NCBI GenBank assembly: GCA_963845535.1
Contig: CAWJSK010000023.1
Coordinates: 32,001 to 96,000 of the forward strand
DNA: 64,000 nucleotides
Source: an uncultured Spirochaetota bacterium
GTDB taxonomy: Bacteria > Spirochaetota > Spirochaetia > SZUA-6 > Fen-1364
Direction of reading: 5' to 3'
Both the position numbers and the translations under genes were made by a program. The stretch's first letter is position 1. The number at the start of each line of letters is the position of its first letter. Below the pieces are notes generated by a model. It had not been told where the DNA came from. It made no database searches and saw only the letters and a program-made list of their open reading frames with translations. Shown here piece after piece: positions 16,770 to 26,907 of this stretch.

Positions 16770-18065
16770 ATGAACCCGACCTTCCGCGCCGCGCGCGGAA
16801 TAGGGGGTGAGTATACGCCTCCGCCGGACAAGTCGATCACTCACCGCGCCCTGATGCTCGCGGCCATCGGCTCCGGCGCAAGCGCGGTGGTCCATCCGCT
16901 TGCAACGGGAGACTGCGTCTCCACGCGCCGCTGTCTGGAGGCACTGGGGTGCTCTTTTGAGGACACGGACCACGCCGTGCGCGTCAAAGGCGCGGGCTTG
17001 CGCGGTTTCACGGAGCCGAAACGGCTTCTGGACGCGGAGAACTCAGGAACCACCACCCGCCTCCTGTCCGGACTGCTTGCCGGTCTTCCCCTATTTGCGG
17101 TTCTCACGGGGGACCAGTCCCTCTTGGGAAGGCCAATGGCCCGCGTTGTGCAGCCGCTGCGCCAGATGGGCGCAAAGATCGAAGGCAGGGACGGCGGAAA
17201 ATACGCGCCCCTGTGCTTCCTTCCCGGTTCGGGGGACCTTGCCCCGCTTTCCTATTGCCTTCCCGTGCCCAGCGCGCAAGTGAAAAGCTGCCTCCTGCTC
17301 GCCGCGCTCCGCGCCGGCGGAGATTCGCGCATCAGCGGCAAGACTCATTCCCGTGATCACACGGAGCGAATGCTCACCGCCCTTGGCGTGAGGGTGGAAA
17401 GCGGCCCGGACGCCATACTGCTTCGCCCTCCGCAAAATCTCCCGGCCTTCGAAATCGAGGTCCCCGGGGACCCATCATCCGCGTCGTTCTTCATCGCGGC
17501 CTCCTTGATCTCCAACCAGAAGCTTCTGGTGCGCGGCTGCGGGATCAATCCCAGCAGGAACGGCTTCCTGAACGTCGCGCGCCGCATGGGCGCGCGCGTG
17601 GAAACCCGCCAGGAAATGGTTTCCCTCGGAGAGCCGGCCGGAAGCATCGAAGTGACCGCGGGCGCGCTCACCGGAGCCCGAATCGACGCTGAGGAAGTAC
17701 CGGAGCTCATTGATGAGATACCGCTCCTGGCCGTTCTCGGGCTTTTCTGCCGCGGCGTCACCGAGGTACGGGGCGCGGAGGAGCTGCGCTTCAAGGAGAG
17801 CGACCGCCTGGCCATGATCAGGCGCCTTGTCGAAGGGCTGGGAGGCCGGGTGGAGATCTACGAGGACGGATTTGCCGTGGAAGGCCCGCAGAAGCTGCGT
17901 TCCGGCGTCATCGACCCCCGGGGGGACCACCGCATTGCCATGGCGGCCGCCGTGGCCGCCGCGGGGATCACGAACGGCGTGCGCGTGCAGGGGTTTGAAT
18001 GCGCGGCGGTGTCGTATCCGGATTTTGCCCGGGACTTCGCCGCCCTCGGCGGGGAGGTGGCGTGA
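16770..18065 (+). CDS. aroA: 3-phosphoshikimate 1-carboxyvinyltransferase (EPSP synthase, class II)
   Basis: DKSITHRA, NSGTTTR, SAQVKS, RDHTE, KESDR, DHRIAM. Confidence 0.97.
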   Translation: MNPTFRAARGIGGEYTPPPDKSITHRALMLAAIGSGASAVVHPLATGDCVSTRRCLEALGCSFEDTDHAVRVKGAGLRGFTEPKRLLDAENSGTTTRLLSGLLAGLPLFAVLTGDQSLLGRPMARVVQPLRQMGAKIEGRDGGKYAPLCFLPGSGDLAPLSYCLPVPSAQVKSCLLLAALRAGGDSRISGKTHSRDHTERMLTALGVRVESGPDAILLRPPQNLPAFEIEVPGDPSSASFFIAASLISNQKLLVRGCGINPSRNGFLNVARRMGARVETRQEMVSLGEPAGSIEVTAGALTGARIDAEEVPELIDEIPLLAVLGLFCRGVTEVRGAEELRFKESDRLAMIRRLVEGLGGRVEIYEDGFAVEGPQKLRSGVIDPRGDHRIAMAAAVAAAGITNGVRVQGFECAAVSYPDFARDFAALGGEVA

Positions 18066-19086
18066 AGGGCGCGCTCGCCTTTGAAATCGGCGGGACGCGT
18101 ACTGAGGTCATCTTCGGAACGCCCTCCGAGCCGCCGGAGTTCCTCCGTGTTTTTGACGAAACAACGCATGCGCACTTCGGGTCCGGCGCGGAACGCTGGG
18201 TGGCAATCCCTGCCGGGGAAAAGGCAAAGTGCTGGGCAAGCGTGGAGTCGGTGCTGGCCCGCGCGGCATCCCTTGGGCTCGGTCGTGATGGGGCAATCGT
18301 CGGCGTCGGGGGCGGGGTGGTGTGTGACGTGGCGTCGTTCGCGGCGTCCCTTTACATGAGAGGGTGCGGGCTGGCCCTGGTGCCTACCACTCTCCTGGCC
18401 ATGGTGGACGCCTCCCTGGGCGGCAAGACCGGCATCGACTTCATGAGCTACAAGAACCTCGTGGGGACTTTCTACCCGGCCTCCCGCATCTACATCGACG
18501 TTGGTTTTCTGCGCACGCTTCCCGAGCGGGAATACCACTCGGGGCTTGCCGAGGTCATCAAGACCGCGATCATAGGAGATGCGGAGCTCTTCTCCCTGCT
18601 CGAACGCTCTCCGACGGAGATTCTGAGCCGGGAGCCTGGTGCTGCGCAGGAGCTGATCCGCAGATCCCTTGCGGTGAAAGGCCGCATCGCCCACGAGGAC
18701 CCTCACGAGGCCGGGGTGCGCGCCGTCTTGAACCTGGGACACACGTTCGGCCATGCTCTGGAGAGCGTCACGGGCTTCTCCGGGTGGACGCACGGTGAGG
18801 CGGTTGCCTGGGGCATGGGAAAATCACTCGATCTGGGCGTCCGCCTGGGACTGACGGATGCCGCCTTTGCCCGCCGCGTCCAGTCGCTCCTTGCGCGCTA
18901 CGGTTTCCGCCGCCGGCCGGGGCGGCCTATGACGAGCTTGAGCCCGCTTTCCAAAGGGACAAGAAGAAGCGCGGGGGGAAGGTGAGGTTCGTCATCCCGC
19001 GGGGACTCTGTGACGTCGTGCTCAGGGAAGCGCCTGCCTCCGAGATTGCCGAGGTCCTGGGAAAGGACGAAGAGCATGAAGCATGA
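18062..19086 (+). CDS. aroB: 3-dehydroquinate synthase (one-base frameshift near 18905-18925, probable assembly error)
   Basis: GGGVVCD, PTTLLAMVDASLGGKT, LNLGHTFGHA, HGEAVA; C-terminal RDKKKRGGKVRFVIP in shifted frame ending TGA 19086. Confidence 0.9.
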
Positions 19087-19718
19087 AGATTGATAAAGGT
19101 ACCTTCGAGAAGCACCTCCGTTTTTTCAACTCCGGTGAGGTCATTTTCCGTGAAAACGAGGAAGGCAACGAGATGTTCGTCATCGTGGAGGGGCAGGTGG
19201 AGATCCGCAAGGCAACGGGGCCTTCGTCGAACAAGACGCTGACGACATTGACGAAGGGCGACATGTTCGGGGAGATGGCCATCATCGAAAAGATGCCGCG
19301 CTCCGCCACGGCGGTTGCCGTGCTGCCCACGCGCCTCCTGGTCCTGAATGAAAAGCTCTATGAGTCCACCATGACGTCGAACCCGGACTTCGCGCGCAAG
19401 ATGAACAAGGTCCTTTCGGAGCGGATCCGAAGGGCTGATGCCATCATCCAGAACCTCATGTCGACCAACAGGCAGAACCAGCTCTGGACAGGCCTCGTGC
19501 AGTACGCCCGCGAGCACGGGGTCACCACGTACAAGGGAAGCCGGGTGAGCGTGGCGGAGTTCACTTCCTGGGCGGTGGAACACCTTGGGATGATTGAAAA
19601 AGAGGTTCAGGGCATCCTGGCCCAGTTCCTGAAGCGGGAAGTGATTGCCTACTCCGCCCGGGGCAAGGAGGAAATCCTCGTTGAACCCCGGGAAGGCGTC
19701 AGCCTGCCGGAGGGCTGA
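19083..19718 (+). CDS. Cyclic-nucleotide-binding (Crp/Fnr-like) protein
   Basis: IFRENEEGNEMFVIVEGQV, FGEMA, PRSATA cNMP motifs. Confidence 0.88.
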   Translation: MKIDKGTFEKHLRFFNSGEVIFRENEEGNEMFVIVEGQVEIRKATGPSSNKTLTTLTKGDMFGEMAIIEKMPRSATAVAVLPTRLLVLNEKLYESTMTSNPDFARKMNKVLSERIRRADAIIQNLMSTNRQNQLWTGLVQYAREHGVTTYKGSRVSVAEFTSWAVEHLGMIEKEVQGILAQFLKREVIAYSARGKEEILVEPREGVSLPEG

Positions 19719-19800
19719 AAGGCGTCATCGCGCGCACGCCGGTATCTTGTCCGCGCGCATGCGGTGAGTGTACACTATAGCCAACAGGGAGGAGAACGCC

Positions 19801-20940
19801 ATCCTCACACCCGGCAAGAAGGGCGCTCGGCCGGAGCGCTTTGAGCAGGAAGTCGCGGCCTTCGTGCGCACAATCCCCGTGCTTCTTCCGCGGGAGATAG
19901 AGGCGCACATAACGTCCTGTGGCTACGTGGGGCAGCTCAAAGCGGTGAGGGCCATTGCCCTCGGGGCTTACCGGCACGTGAGCCGCCTTCGCCGCATCTG
20001 GCTCGAAGGGGCCCGGCGGGAGACGCTCCCGCCCAAGACGACAATGCTTTTCGTCGGGCCCACCGGCTGCGGCAAGACCTACCTCGTGGAGATTCTCTTT
20101 CGGGACATCCTGAGGCTTCCCACCGTCGTCATCGACATGACGGGGTTCTCGGAGACCGGCTACGTGGGCCAGGACGTGAACTCCATCCTCACGCGGCTGC
20201 TCTACGCCGCGGACATGAGCATCGCCTACGCGGCCATCGGGGTGGTCTGCCTGGATGAGTTCGACAAGCTCGCCTCGGGGCAGAACAGCGCCGTGTTCTC
20301 CGGCGCCGGCACCACGAAGGACGTGTCGGGGCTCGGCGTTCAGCGTGAGCTCCTGAAGATGCTCGAATCCATCGAGATGCCCGTGCCCCTTGAGTACACG
20401 CACTCCGATTATGCCCCCAAAGCGGTGATGTCGACGCAGGACATCGGCTTCATTGCCTGCGGCGCGTTCTCCGGCCTCAAGGGGATGATCGACCAGGGGA
20501 ACACGGAGCACATCGGTTTCGGCCGCGAGCCCGCCGGCGGGGAGCTTGGCAAGATTGCCGTTTCCTACTCGGAGGACGACGTGACGCTGGCCCGCAACTT
20601 CATGAATTACGGCTTCCTTCCCGAGCTGATCGGGCGGTTCCGCCGCATTGTCCCGTTCCAGGCCCTGACGCCCGAGCAGCTCGCGGAAATCCTCCGCAGC
20701 AGCCTCGTGTCCCAGTACATGAACGAGTTCCACCTCGAGGGCAAGGAGCTGGTGATCGAGGACAAGGTGCTCGAACGGATCGTGGAGGAGAGTGTCCGCA
20801 AGGAGACGGGCGCCCGCGCGCTGGAGGCCAGTTTCATCAGGTATCTCGAAGACGCGGCCTTCGAATCATTCTCCGAGCCATCCTCGAAACGGGTGTCCCT
20901 GCGCGTTGTCGGGGACAAGATTGTCCACGAAATCACCTGA
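19801..20940 (+). CDS. ClpX-like AAA+ ATPase lacking N-terminal zinc-binding domain (start uncertain)
   Basis: GPTGCGKT, ETGYVGQDV, LDEFDK, DVSG.GVQ..LLK, IGF loop, PELIGR, TGARAL. Confidence 0.85.
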   Translation: MLTPGKKGARPERFEQEVAAFVRTIPVLLPREIEAHITSCGYVGQLKAVRAIALGAYRHVSRLRRIWLEGARRETLPPKTTMLFVGPTGCGKTYLVEILFRDILRLPTVVIDMTGFSETGYVGQDVNSILTRLLYAADMSIAYAAIGVVCLDEFDKLASGQNSAVFSGAGTTKDVSGLGVQRELLKMLESIEMPVPLEYTHSDYAPKAVMSTQDIGFIACGAFSGLKGMIDQGNTEHIGFGREPAGGELGKIAVSYSEDDVTLARNFMNYGFLPELIGRFRRIVPFQALTPEQLAEILRSSLVSQYMNEFHLEGKELVIEDKVLERIVEESVRKETGARALEASFIRYLEDAAFESFSEPSSKRVSLRVVGDKIVHEIT

Positions 20941-20992
20941 GCCGTCGACCTCTCCGGCGCCGTCCGCTGAGGAGGAGTCGGGGAGGGAAATC

Positions 20993-21817
20993 ATGCGGCT
21001 CGTGGAGGAGCAGGTCTCCCTGGGGCCGCGAGTTCCCGGAACGACAGCGCACGACAATCTGCTCGACCTTCTCGAAAGCCGTCTCCGCCGTCATGCTACG
21101 GAAACCATGCGCCAGGAGTTCCGGGTGACATTCCGGGGGCAATCCGTGGCTTGCGCAAACCTGGTAGGCGCTTTCCGCGCCGCTCACCCCGCGGGCGGGC
21201 CAATCCTCCTGGGCACCCATTTCGATACTCGGCCCCGGGCGGACCTCGACGCGGATCCCGCGCGGCGCGAATCCCCCATTCCCGGCGCCAACGACGGAGG
21301 TTCGGGCACTGCCGTGCTCCAGCACATGCTGGAGTGGCTGTCCGTGCAAAAGCTCAGCCGCGATGTCCTGGTGGCCTTTTTCGACGCCGAGGACCTGGGG
21401 AGCATTGACGGCAACGACTTCTCCCTGGGCGCGGAGTGGTGCGCATGCCATCCGCCGTGGGGCACGGAAGTTGCCGAGGTGGTCGTGCTGGACATGGTAG
21501 GGGGCAGGGGGATGGTGTTCGACATCGACGCTCACATCTTCCTGTTCCCGGCGGAAAAGCGCCTCACGCTCGAGGTGTTTCGGCTCGGATCTTCGCGGGG
21601 CTGGCCTCCATTCACGGCCAGCAAGCCCCAGCGGCTGAAATACGTCATTTCGGACCATCACCCGTTTGCCCTACGGGGCATTCCGTCCTGCCTGCTCATC
21701 GACCTGGACTACCCCGAGTGGCACACGCACGCCGACACCCCTCAGGCAATGTCGGCGGCATCCCTCGGGATCACCGAAGCAGCTCTTTCCCTTTACCTAT
21801 CGCGTTTTCAAGCGTAA
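20993..21817 (+). CDS. M28 family peptidase / glutaminyl cyclase-like
   Basis: THFDTRP, GANDGGSG, FFDAED, LDMVG, SDHHPF, WHT; SD GGAGGG before ATG 20993. Confidence 0.88.
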   Translation: MRLVEEQVSLGPRVPGTTAHDNLLDLLESRLRRHATETMRQEFRVTFRGQSVACANLVGAFRAAHPAGGPILLGTHFDTRPRADLDADPARRESPIPGANDGGSGTAVLQHMLEWLSVQKLSRDVLVAFFDAEDLGSIDGNDFSLGAEWCACHPPWGTEVAEVVVLDMVGGRGMVFDIDAHIFLFPAEKRLTLEVFRLGSSRGWPPFTASKPQRLKYVISDHHPFALRGIPSCLLIDLDYPEWHTHADTPQAMSAASLGITEAALSLYLSRFQA

Positions 21818-23078
21818 GGGCGTCGTAGCTCTGGCGGGATCGAAGGTCCTTCAAGCCCACCACCCCCTCGTTGTCCTCTTTCTCACCAATCACAAGCGCG
21901 AGCGGTATGCCCCTTTTCTCCGCGTAGCTGAACTGGACGGCGAGCTTCTTCTGCTCAGGATAGACCTCGGCGGAAATGCCGGCGTCGCGGAACGCCTCCG
22001 CGGCGCGGTGGTAGCTCCCCGTCAACCTCTCCTCCAGGCACGTGATGAGAAGCGAAGGCGCAGAGGAGGCGGCCGAGGCCAGGCCAAGCTCCTCGATGGC
22101 CGCCATCAGGCGGTCTATGCCGATTGACGCGCCCACGCCGGGGAGCTTCTGGCGCGTGTACAGCGAGGCAAGGTCGTTGTACCGGCCGCCGGAGCAGACC
22201 GAGCCGATTGCCGGCAGGTCGCTCAGGAAGGTCTCGAAAACGACGCCGGTGTAGTAGTCCAGGCCTCTGGTGATGGAGGGATCCAGGGAGAAAGAGTGGG
22301 CGAGGCCAAGCGCATCCAGACCCGAACAGAGGGCGGACAGCCTCTGCACTCCGTCGTCCTCGGCTCCGACCATCCCGCGGAGCGCATCCAGGGACTTCTT
22401 CCAGGATTCCTCCGGACGGATGAACAGCGCGATCTTTCGGGCATTCTCCGCGCCCGCTATCGCTTCCAGGTCTTCCCGCGTCTTTTCCTCCCCCACCTTG
22501 CGCGCCTTGTCGATGGTGCGAAGCACCTCCACCGTTTTCGACTGGAGGCCAAGGCTCGCCACGAAAGCGTTGAAGAGGCCCCGGTGGGCGAAGTGGACCA
22601 CGGACTTTTCCATGCCGAGAGTCTTCATGCACCTGTGCATGAGAAGGAGCACTTCAAGGTCCGCGGAGGCGGAATCAGGACCGACGATGTCGAAATCAAC
22701 CTGCATGAACTCGCGGTAGCGGCCCCGCTGGGTGTTTTCCCCGCGCCACACTTTGGCTCCGTGCCAGCGGCGGAAGGGGAGGGGCAGCTCGTTGATGTGG
22801 GCGGCCATGAACCGGGCAAAGGGGACGGTGAGATCGAAGCGCAGCGCCACGTCCCGATCCCCGTGGTCCTTGAACCGATACACCTGCTTGTCGGTCTCAC
22901 CTCCCCCTTTTCCCAGGAGCACGTCCGCGTACTCCAACGCGGGGGTGTCGATGGGGGAAAAGCCCGAGAGGCGGAAAACGTCCTCCAGCTTTCGGAGGAT
23001 TGCCAGCCTCTGGGCCTCCTTGTCCGGGAGAAAATCCCGAAAGCCCTTGAGCACCCGGGGCTCAATGAGATCCTTCAT
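21771..23078 (-). CDS. hisS: Histidine--tRNA ligase
   Basis: KGFRDFLP, LRFDLTVP, GRYREF.QVDFD, RGLDYYTG, GGRYNDL, anticodon-binding domain; start ATG 23078. Confidence 0.97.
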   Translation of the reverse strand: MKDLIEPRVLKGFRDFLPDKEAQRLAILRKLEDVFRLSGFSPIDTPALEYADVLLGKGGGETDKQVYRFKDHGDRDVALRFDLTVPFARFMAAHINELPLPFRRWHGAKVWRGENTQRGRYREFMQVDFDIVGPDSASADLEVLLLMHRCMKTLGMEKSVVHFAHRGLFNAFVASLGLQSKTVEVLRTIDKARKVGEEKTREDLEAIAGAENARKIALFIRPEESWKKSLDALRGMVGAEDDGVQRLSALCSGLDALGLAHSFSLDPSITRGLDYYTGVVFETFLSDLPAIGSVCSGGRYNDLASLYTRQKLPGVGASIGIDRLMAAIEELGLASAASSAPSLLITCLEERLTGSYHRAAEAFRDAGISAEVYPEQKKLAVQFSYAEKRGIPLALVIGEKEDNEGVVGLKDLRSRQSYDALTLENAIGKGKELLR

Positions 23079-24211
23079 GTCTCGATGTCCTTTCTGTAGA
23101 TCCGCCACGTTCGATATCGCTCCACCGGCATCCTCTCCGCGGAATTGACCATGGCTTCATTGGTCTCCACGATCATCGACATTTCCACCTCTTCAAATCC
23201 CTGGCGCATCCCTTCCTGGATGACGTGGGAGTACATTGCCACCTCGATCCCCTGGTGGCGATACTCCTCAAGGACCCCCATGAGGATAAGGCGGAACCGA
23301 CGCGTCCTCTTCAGGGTGGCGAGCAGGGTGATGAAGCCGAGCGGGAAAAGCCTGCCGTTCACCTTCTTGACGGCGACGTTGGCGTCATAGATAGCCAGCG
23401 CAAAAGCAATGGGCTTCCCGTTCAGCTCCACGATGAACGTGAGGTCGGGGATCACGAACTGCTTGACGCCCTCCTTGAGCCTGCCGAACTCCTTGTCCGT
23501 GAGAGGCACATGACCCCAGTTGCTGCTCCAGGCGTCCGCGAATATCCGCTGGACGATCTCCGCTTCCCTGTCGAGATGCCCCTTGATGTCGGCGGCGCGG
23601 ATGCATATGCCGTCCCGCTTGAGCACCCGTTGGGAGAGGACGAAGTACCGCGGGCTCAACTCTTTCTTGAACACGCTTGCCCGGCCCCGGAATGCATACC
23701 AGTCCACGGACTTCTCCCAGCCGTTCTCCTCGAAGAGGCGTTGATAATACGGCGGATTATGGGAGGTCAGCACGTACGGGTCGGTGTCGAAGCCCTGGAT
23801 GAGGATCCCTGTTTCGTCGTAGACGCCGAAGCTCATAGGGCCTTCCATCAACTTCCGACCTTTGCCGCGCAGCCACGCGTCTGCGGCGCCGAAGAGCGCG
23901 CGTGCCGTCTCACCGTTGTCTTCGCACTCGAAGAAACCGACAAAACCCTTGAAGTCGGAAAAGTACTCGTCATAGCGCCGGTTGACGTGCGCGCTGATCC
24001 TTCCCACCGGCTCAATGCCGCGGTAGGCGAGGAACAGCTCCGCGTCCCCGTGATCGAAAAAGACCCCCTTCGACGGGTCGATGAATGCCATCTGGTCCCC
24101 GATCAGCGGGGGGACCCAGTGCGCGTCGCCGCAATAGAGCTTCCATGGCATGGTGACGAACACGGTCCGGTCTTTCTTCGATTTCACCCGGCGGATCTCG
24201 ATGGGCAGCAT
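23075..24211 (-). CDS. YghO-like tandem GNAT-fold protein
   Basis: WVPPL, GRISA, GFFEC, HNPPYY, NWGHVP, GVLEEYRHQGI. Confidence 0.8.
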   Translation of the reverse strand: MLPIEIRRVKSKKDRTVFVTMPWKLYCGDAHWVPPLIGDQMAFIDPSKGVFFDHGDAELFLAYRGIEPVGRISAHVNRRYDEYFSDFKGFVGFFECEDNGETARALFGAADAWLRGKGRKLMEGPMSFGVYDETGILIQGFDTDPYVLTSHNPPYYQRLFEENGWEKSVDWYAFRGRASVFKKELSPRYFVLSQRVLKRDGICIRAADIKGHLDREAEIVQRIFADAWSSNWGHVPLTDKEFGRLKEGVKQFVIPDLTFIVELNGKPIAFALAIYDANVAVKKVNGRLFPLGFITLLATLKRTRRFRLILMGVLEEYRHQGIEVAMYSHVIQEGMRQGFEEVEMSMIVETNEAMVNSAERMPVERYRTWRIYRKDIET

Positions 24212-24391
24212 GACGCCTCCTTGGGAAACCTCACTGTAATCTACAGGACCCGTTCGGTGTCAACCTTTTTTTCGCGCCTCCTTTTTTTGCGAAGCCTTGA
24301 CACGCGAAGCCGCCGGGCTTGCATCCTGGGGCGGGACGCGTTACCATGGAGTTGACGAGAGCCACAACACGAGGTCAACCAGGGTTGGATC

Positions 24392-25603
24392 TTGCTTTTC
24401 AGATATAGAACATCGCCAGACGGTACAGTGGAGAAGAAGGCGCACATATACACGGAAGGGGAGCATGGAATTGATCCACGCCGGGTGGACCCGGATGCCG
24501 TGTGGGTCGTGCGCCGCCTGCGCAAGGAAGGCTTCCACGCCTACGTAGTGGGCGGCGCGGTGCGGGACCTCGTTGTCGGCCGGACGCCCAACGACTTCGA
24601 CGTAGCCACGGACGCGCACCCCCAGCAGGTGCGCCGCGCGTTCCGTTCCGCCCGAATCATCGGCCGCAGGTTCCGCATTGTCCACGTGTATTGCGGCAGG
24701 GAAAAGATCATCGAGGTGACGACGTTCCGGGCGCGCGGCACGGGCGCGGTCGAGGCCTCCAATGACGTTGTCGGGGCTGATGGGAACAACCTGTTCGGCA
24801 CCATCGAAGAGGACGCCGAGCGCCGGGATTTCACCGTCAACGCCCTGTATTACTGCCCGCTGGACCGGCAGGTCATCGACTACGTGGGAGGGTACGCCGA
24901 TATCCGGCAGCGCAAGCTGCGCACGCTCATCCCCGCGGAGGCCTCCTTCAGCGAAGATCCCGTGCGCATGATCCGCGCGGTGAAGTACGCCGCCCTCATG
25001 CAGTTCCCCGTGCCGTTCTCAATGTCCCTCCTGATCCGCCGCTGCCGCGCCTCTCTTCTCAACTGCTCCCGTGAGCGGGTAACAGAGGAGATGTACAAGG
25101 TCCTGACCTCAGGCGGCGCGGCGGGCATCTTCGAGCTGGGGTTCCGGCTGCACTTGTTCGAGACGATATTCCCGGCCATCGCGTCGGGCTTGCGGGAGAA
25201 AAGGGTGAAGCTTGCCGTTGCCCCCCTCGGGGAGAGGCTTCGAAGGCTGGACGCGGAATACGCGGAGGGTCGGTTGCTCCCCCGAACCGCGATGTTCGGC
25301 TTCTTGTTCCGGGACCTTGTTGCTGCCCAAGAAGACCTCTTGCGGGACCCTGAGGCCAAGTTCCTGATCCAGCAGTACCTTCGCACTGTGTCGGAGCCGC
25401 TTTTCCCGTCCAAGAGGGACCTTGGAGAGGCAGCGGAAAGCTTCGAGGAGGAGATACGCGCCCGCCGTCCGAGCAGCCCTCACGAACCGCGTGGACAGCA
25501 AGGCGCGGCCGGTGACGGGAGGGGTCCCGGCGGTCCCGTCCGCCGACGGCGTGGACGCCGAAGGGGAGGGAGCAGGAGCCGTCGGGGCCGCGCGGAAGGC
25601 TGA
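24392..25603 (+). CDS. pcnB: Poly(A) polymerase I
   Basis: VGGAVRD, DFDVAT, PAP-specific IIGRRFRIVHV, RRDFTVNAL, EDPVRMIRA; basic C-terminal tail; TTG start. Confidence 0.92.
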   Translation: MLFRYRTSPDGTVEKKAHIYTEGEHGIDPRRVDPDAVWVVRRLRKEGFHAYVVGGAVRDLVVGRTPNDFDVATDAHPQQVRRAFRSARIIGRRFRIVHVYCGREKIIEVTTFRARGTGAVEASNDVVGADGNNLFGTIEEDAERRDFTVNALYYCPLDRQVIDYVGGYADIRQRKLRTLIPAEASFSEDPVRMIRAVKYAALMQFPVPFSMSLLIRRCRASLLNCSRERVTEEMYKVLTSGGAAGIFELGFRLHLFETIFPAIASGLREKRVKLAVAPLGERLRRLDAEYAEGRLLPRTAMFGFLFRDLVAAQEDLLRDPEAKFLIQQYLRTVSEPLFPSKRDLGEAAESFEEEIRARRPSSPHEPRGQQGAAGDGRGPGGPVRRRRGRRRGGSRSRRGRAEG

Positions 25604-25624
25604 CGGAGAGCGAGAAAGCGGCCG

Positions 25625-26818
25625 CTACTTCGCGGCCCCCATCCTCTTCAGTAGCGCATCCACCTTGTCACCGTAGGCTGCCGGGTCCGCGTCCTTTGCA
25701 AAGGTGAGATATTTCGCCGCGTCTGCGCCCCTGCCGGCCGCGAAAGCGTTGACGCCAAGGGCGTAGTTGATGATGGCGGCGTTGGCGCCGAGCTGGAACG
25801 CTTTCATGTACAGGTCATCCGCCTTTGCGTAGTCCTTACGGGAATAGGCAATCAGGCCCAGGTAATACCATCCCGCGTTGGAGTCCGGCTGGACGCCCAC
25901 GGCATTCGTGAAGGACTCTTCCGCTTTCGCGAGGTCTCCCTTCGAATAGAGGTCGATCCCTTCGCGGACAAGATCATTTCCCGTCTTCAGGGAAAGCACG
26001 AATGTCTCGAAATCCTGGCGCAACTTCTGGTCCGGCACCCAGGAGAAGGCGCGCTTTCTGACCTTCGTCGAGTTCGCGTCCAGGCCGGCGCGGGGGTCCA
26101 GGGAGCTGATTGCGTCCCACATGATACGGTTGTACTCGGGCTGCTGGGCGGAGAGCAGGAAGTGCACCAGACCCCAGGACTCCTCCAGAAACTCGTTCTG
26201 CTGCCCCTGGGCCATGTCACGAGTGAAATTGAGGAGGTCCGTGAATGGAATCATCTTTTCGGGACTCTCTCCCCGTATGTTCGCTTTCAGGCCGTCGAGC
26301 CACGCAAGGTTTGCCCGGAAGGTGAAAGTGCCGCTGTTCGGATCATAGGTGGAGGCATCGAGGTAGGTGGCCACGCCCTCCCGCAGCCACAGCGGAGCGT
26401 TGTCCACGAAACCCTTCAGGAACTGGATGGCACCCTGGTGCAGGAGCGACGCCGTGAACGCCTTCTCCTCCTTGGGGAAACACAGGAGCTCCGACTTGGC
26501 GGGGTCTGACCAGGCAATGAAGACGAAGTCCGTCCGCGTCTGAGATATGACGCTGGAGACATAGGCGTTGAAGCTGTCGAGGTCCTTGAAGATCCTCACG
26601 TTGAACTTCGCGGGGAGCTGGGAGAGGTCGAAGTGGAAAAGGCCGTTGTAGAGGGTGAGCGCAGCCTCCATCCGCCGGGAAAGATCCTCCGCCTGGGACT
26701 GGCTCGAGTCGGAGACAACGCGGTAGTGCTCGGTCTCCGAGACGTACTGCTGCGGCGATTGCGCGAAGGCCAGGAGAGGGACAACCATCAGGAGAGCGAG
26801 CACCGAGGCTTTCCTCAT
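25625..26818 (-). CDS. Secreted zincin-like (peptidase_MA/DUF1570-like) domain protein with C-terminal TPRs
   Basis: Signal peptide MRKASVLALLMVVPLLAFA; HQGAIQ...PLWLREGVATY; C-terminal TPRs; SD GGAGG; promoter TTGACA-N17-TATGAT at 26864-26836. Confidence 0.8.
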   Translation of the reverse strand: MRKASVLALLMVVPLLAFAQSPQQYVSETEHYRVVSDSSQSQAEDLSRRMEAALTLYNGLFHFDLSQLPAKFNVRIFKDLDSFNAYVSSVISQTRTDFVFIAWSDPAKSELLCFPKEEKAFTASLLHQGAIQFLKGFVDNAPLWLREGVATYLDASTYDPNSGTFTFRANLAWLDGLKANIRGESPEKMIPFTDLLNFTRDMAQGQQNEFLEESWGLVHFLLSAQQPEYNRIMWDAISSLDPRAGLDANSTKVRKRAFSWVPDQKLRQDFETFVLSLKTGNDLVREGIDLYSKGDLAKAEESFTNAVGVQPDSNAGWYYLGLIAYSRKDYAKADDLYMKAFQLGANAAIINYALGVNAFAAGRGADAAKYLTFAKDADPAAYGDKVDALLKRMGAAK

Positions 26819-26907
26819 ACGACCTCCTCTCATCGATCATAGTTGCGCCCTTTGCGGCTGTCAAACGGAATTCGGCTGCCGGCGTGATCCTGGTCGAGGC
26901 CTGCGCG

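Noticed and set aside
21771..21817. Convergent 3' overlaps (M28/hisS 47 bp; also 49673-49693 and 62073-62088) as antisense regulation
   Set aside because: Short tail-to-tail overlaps are common in compact GC-rich genomes
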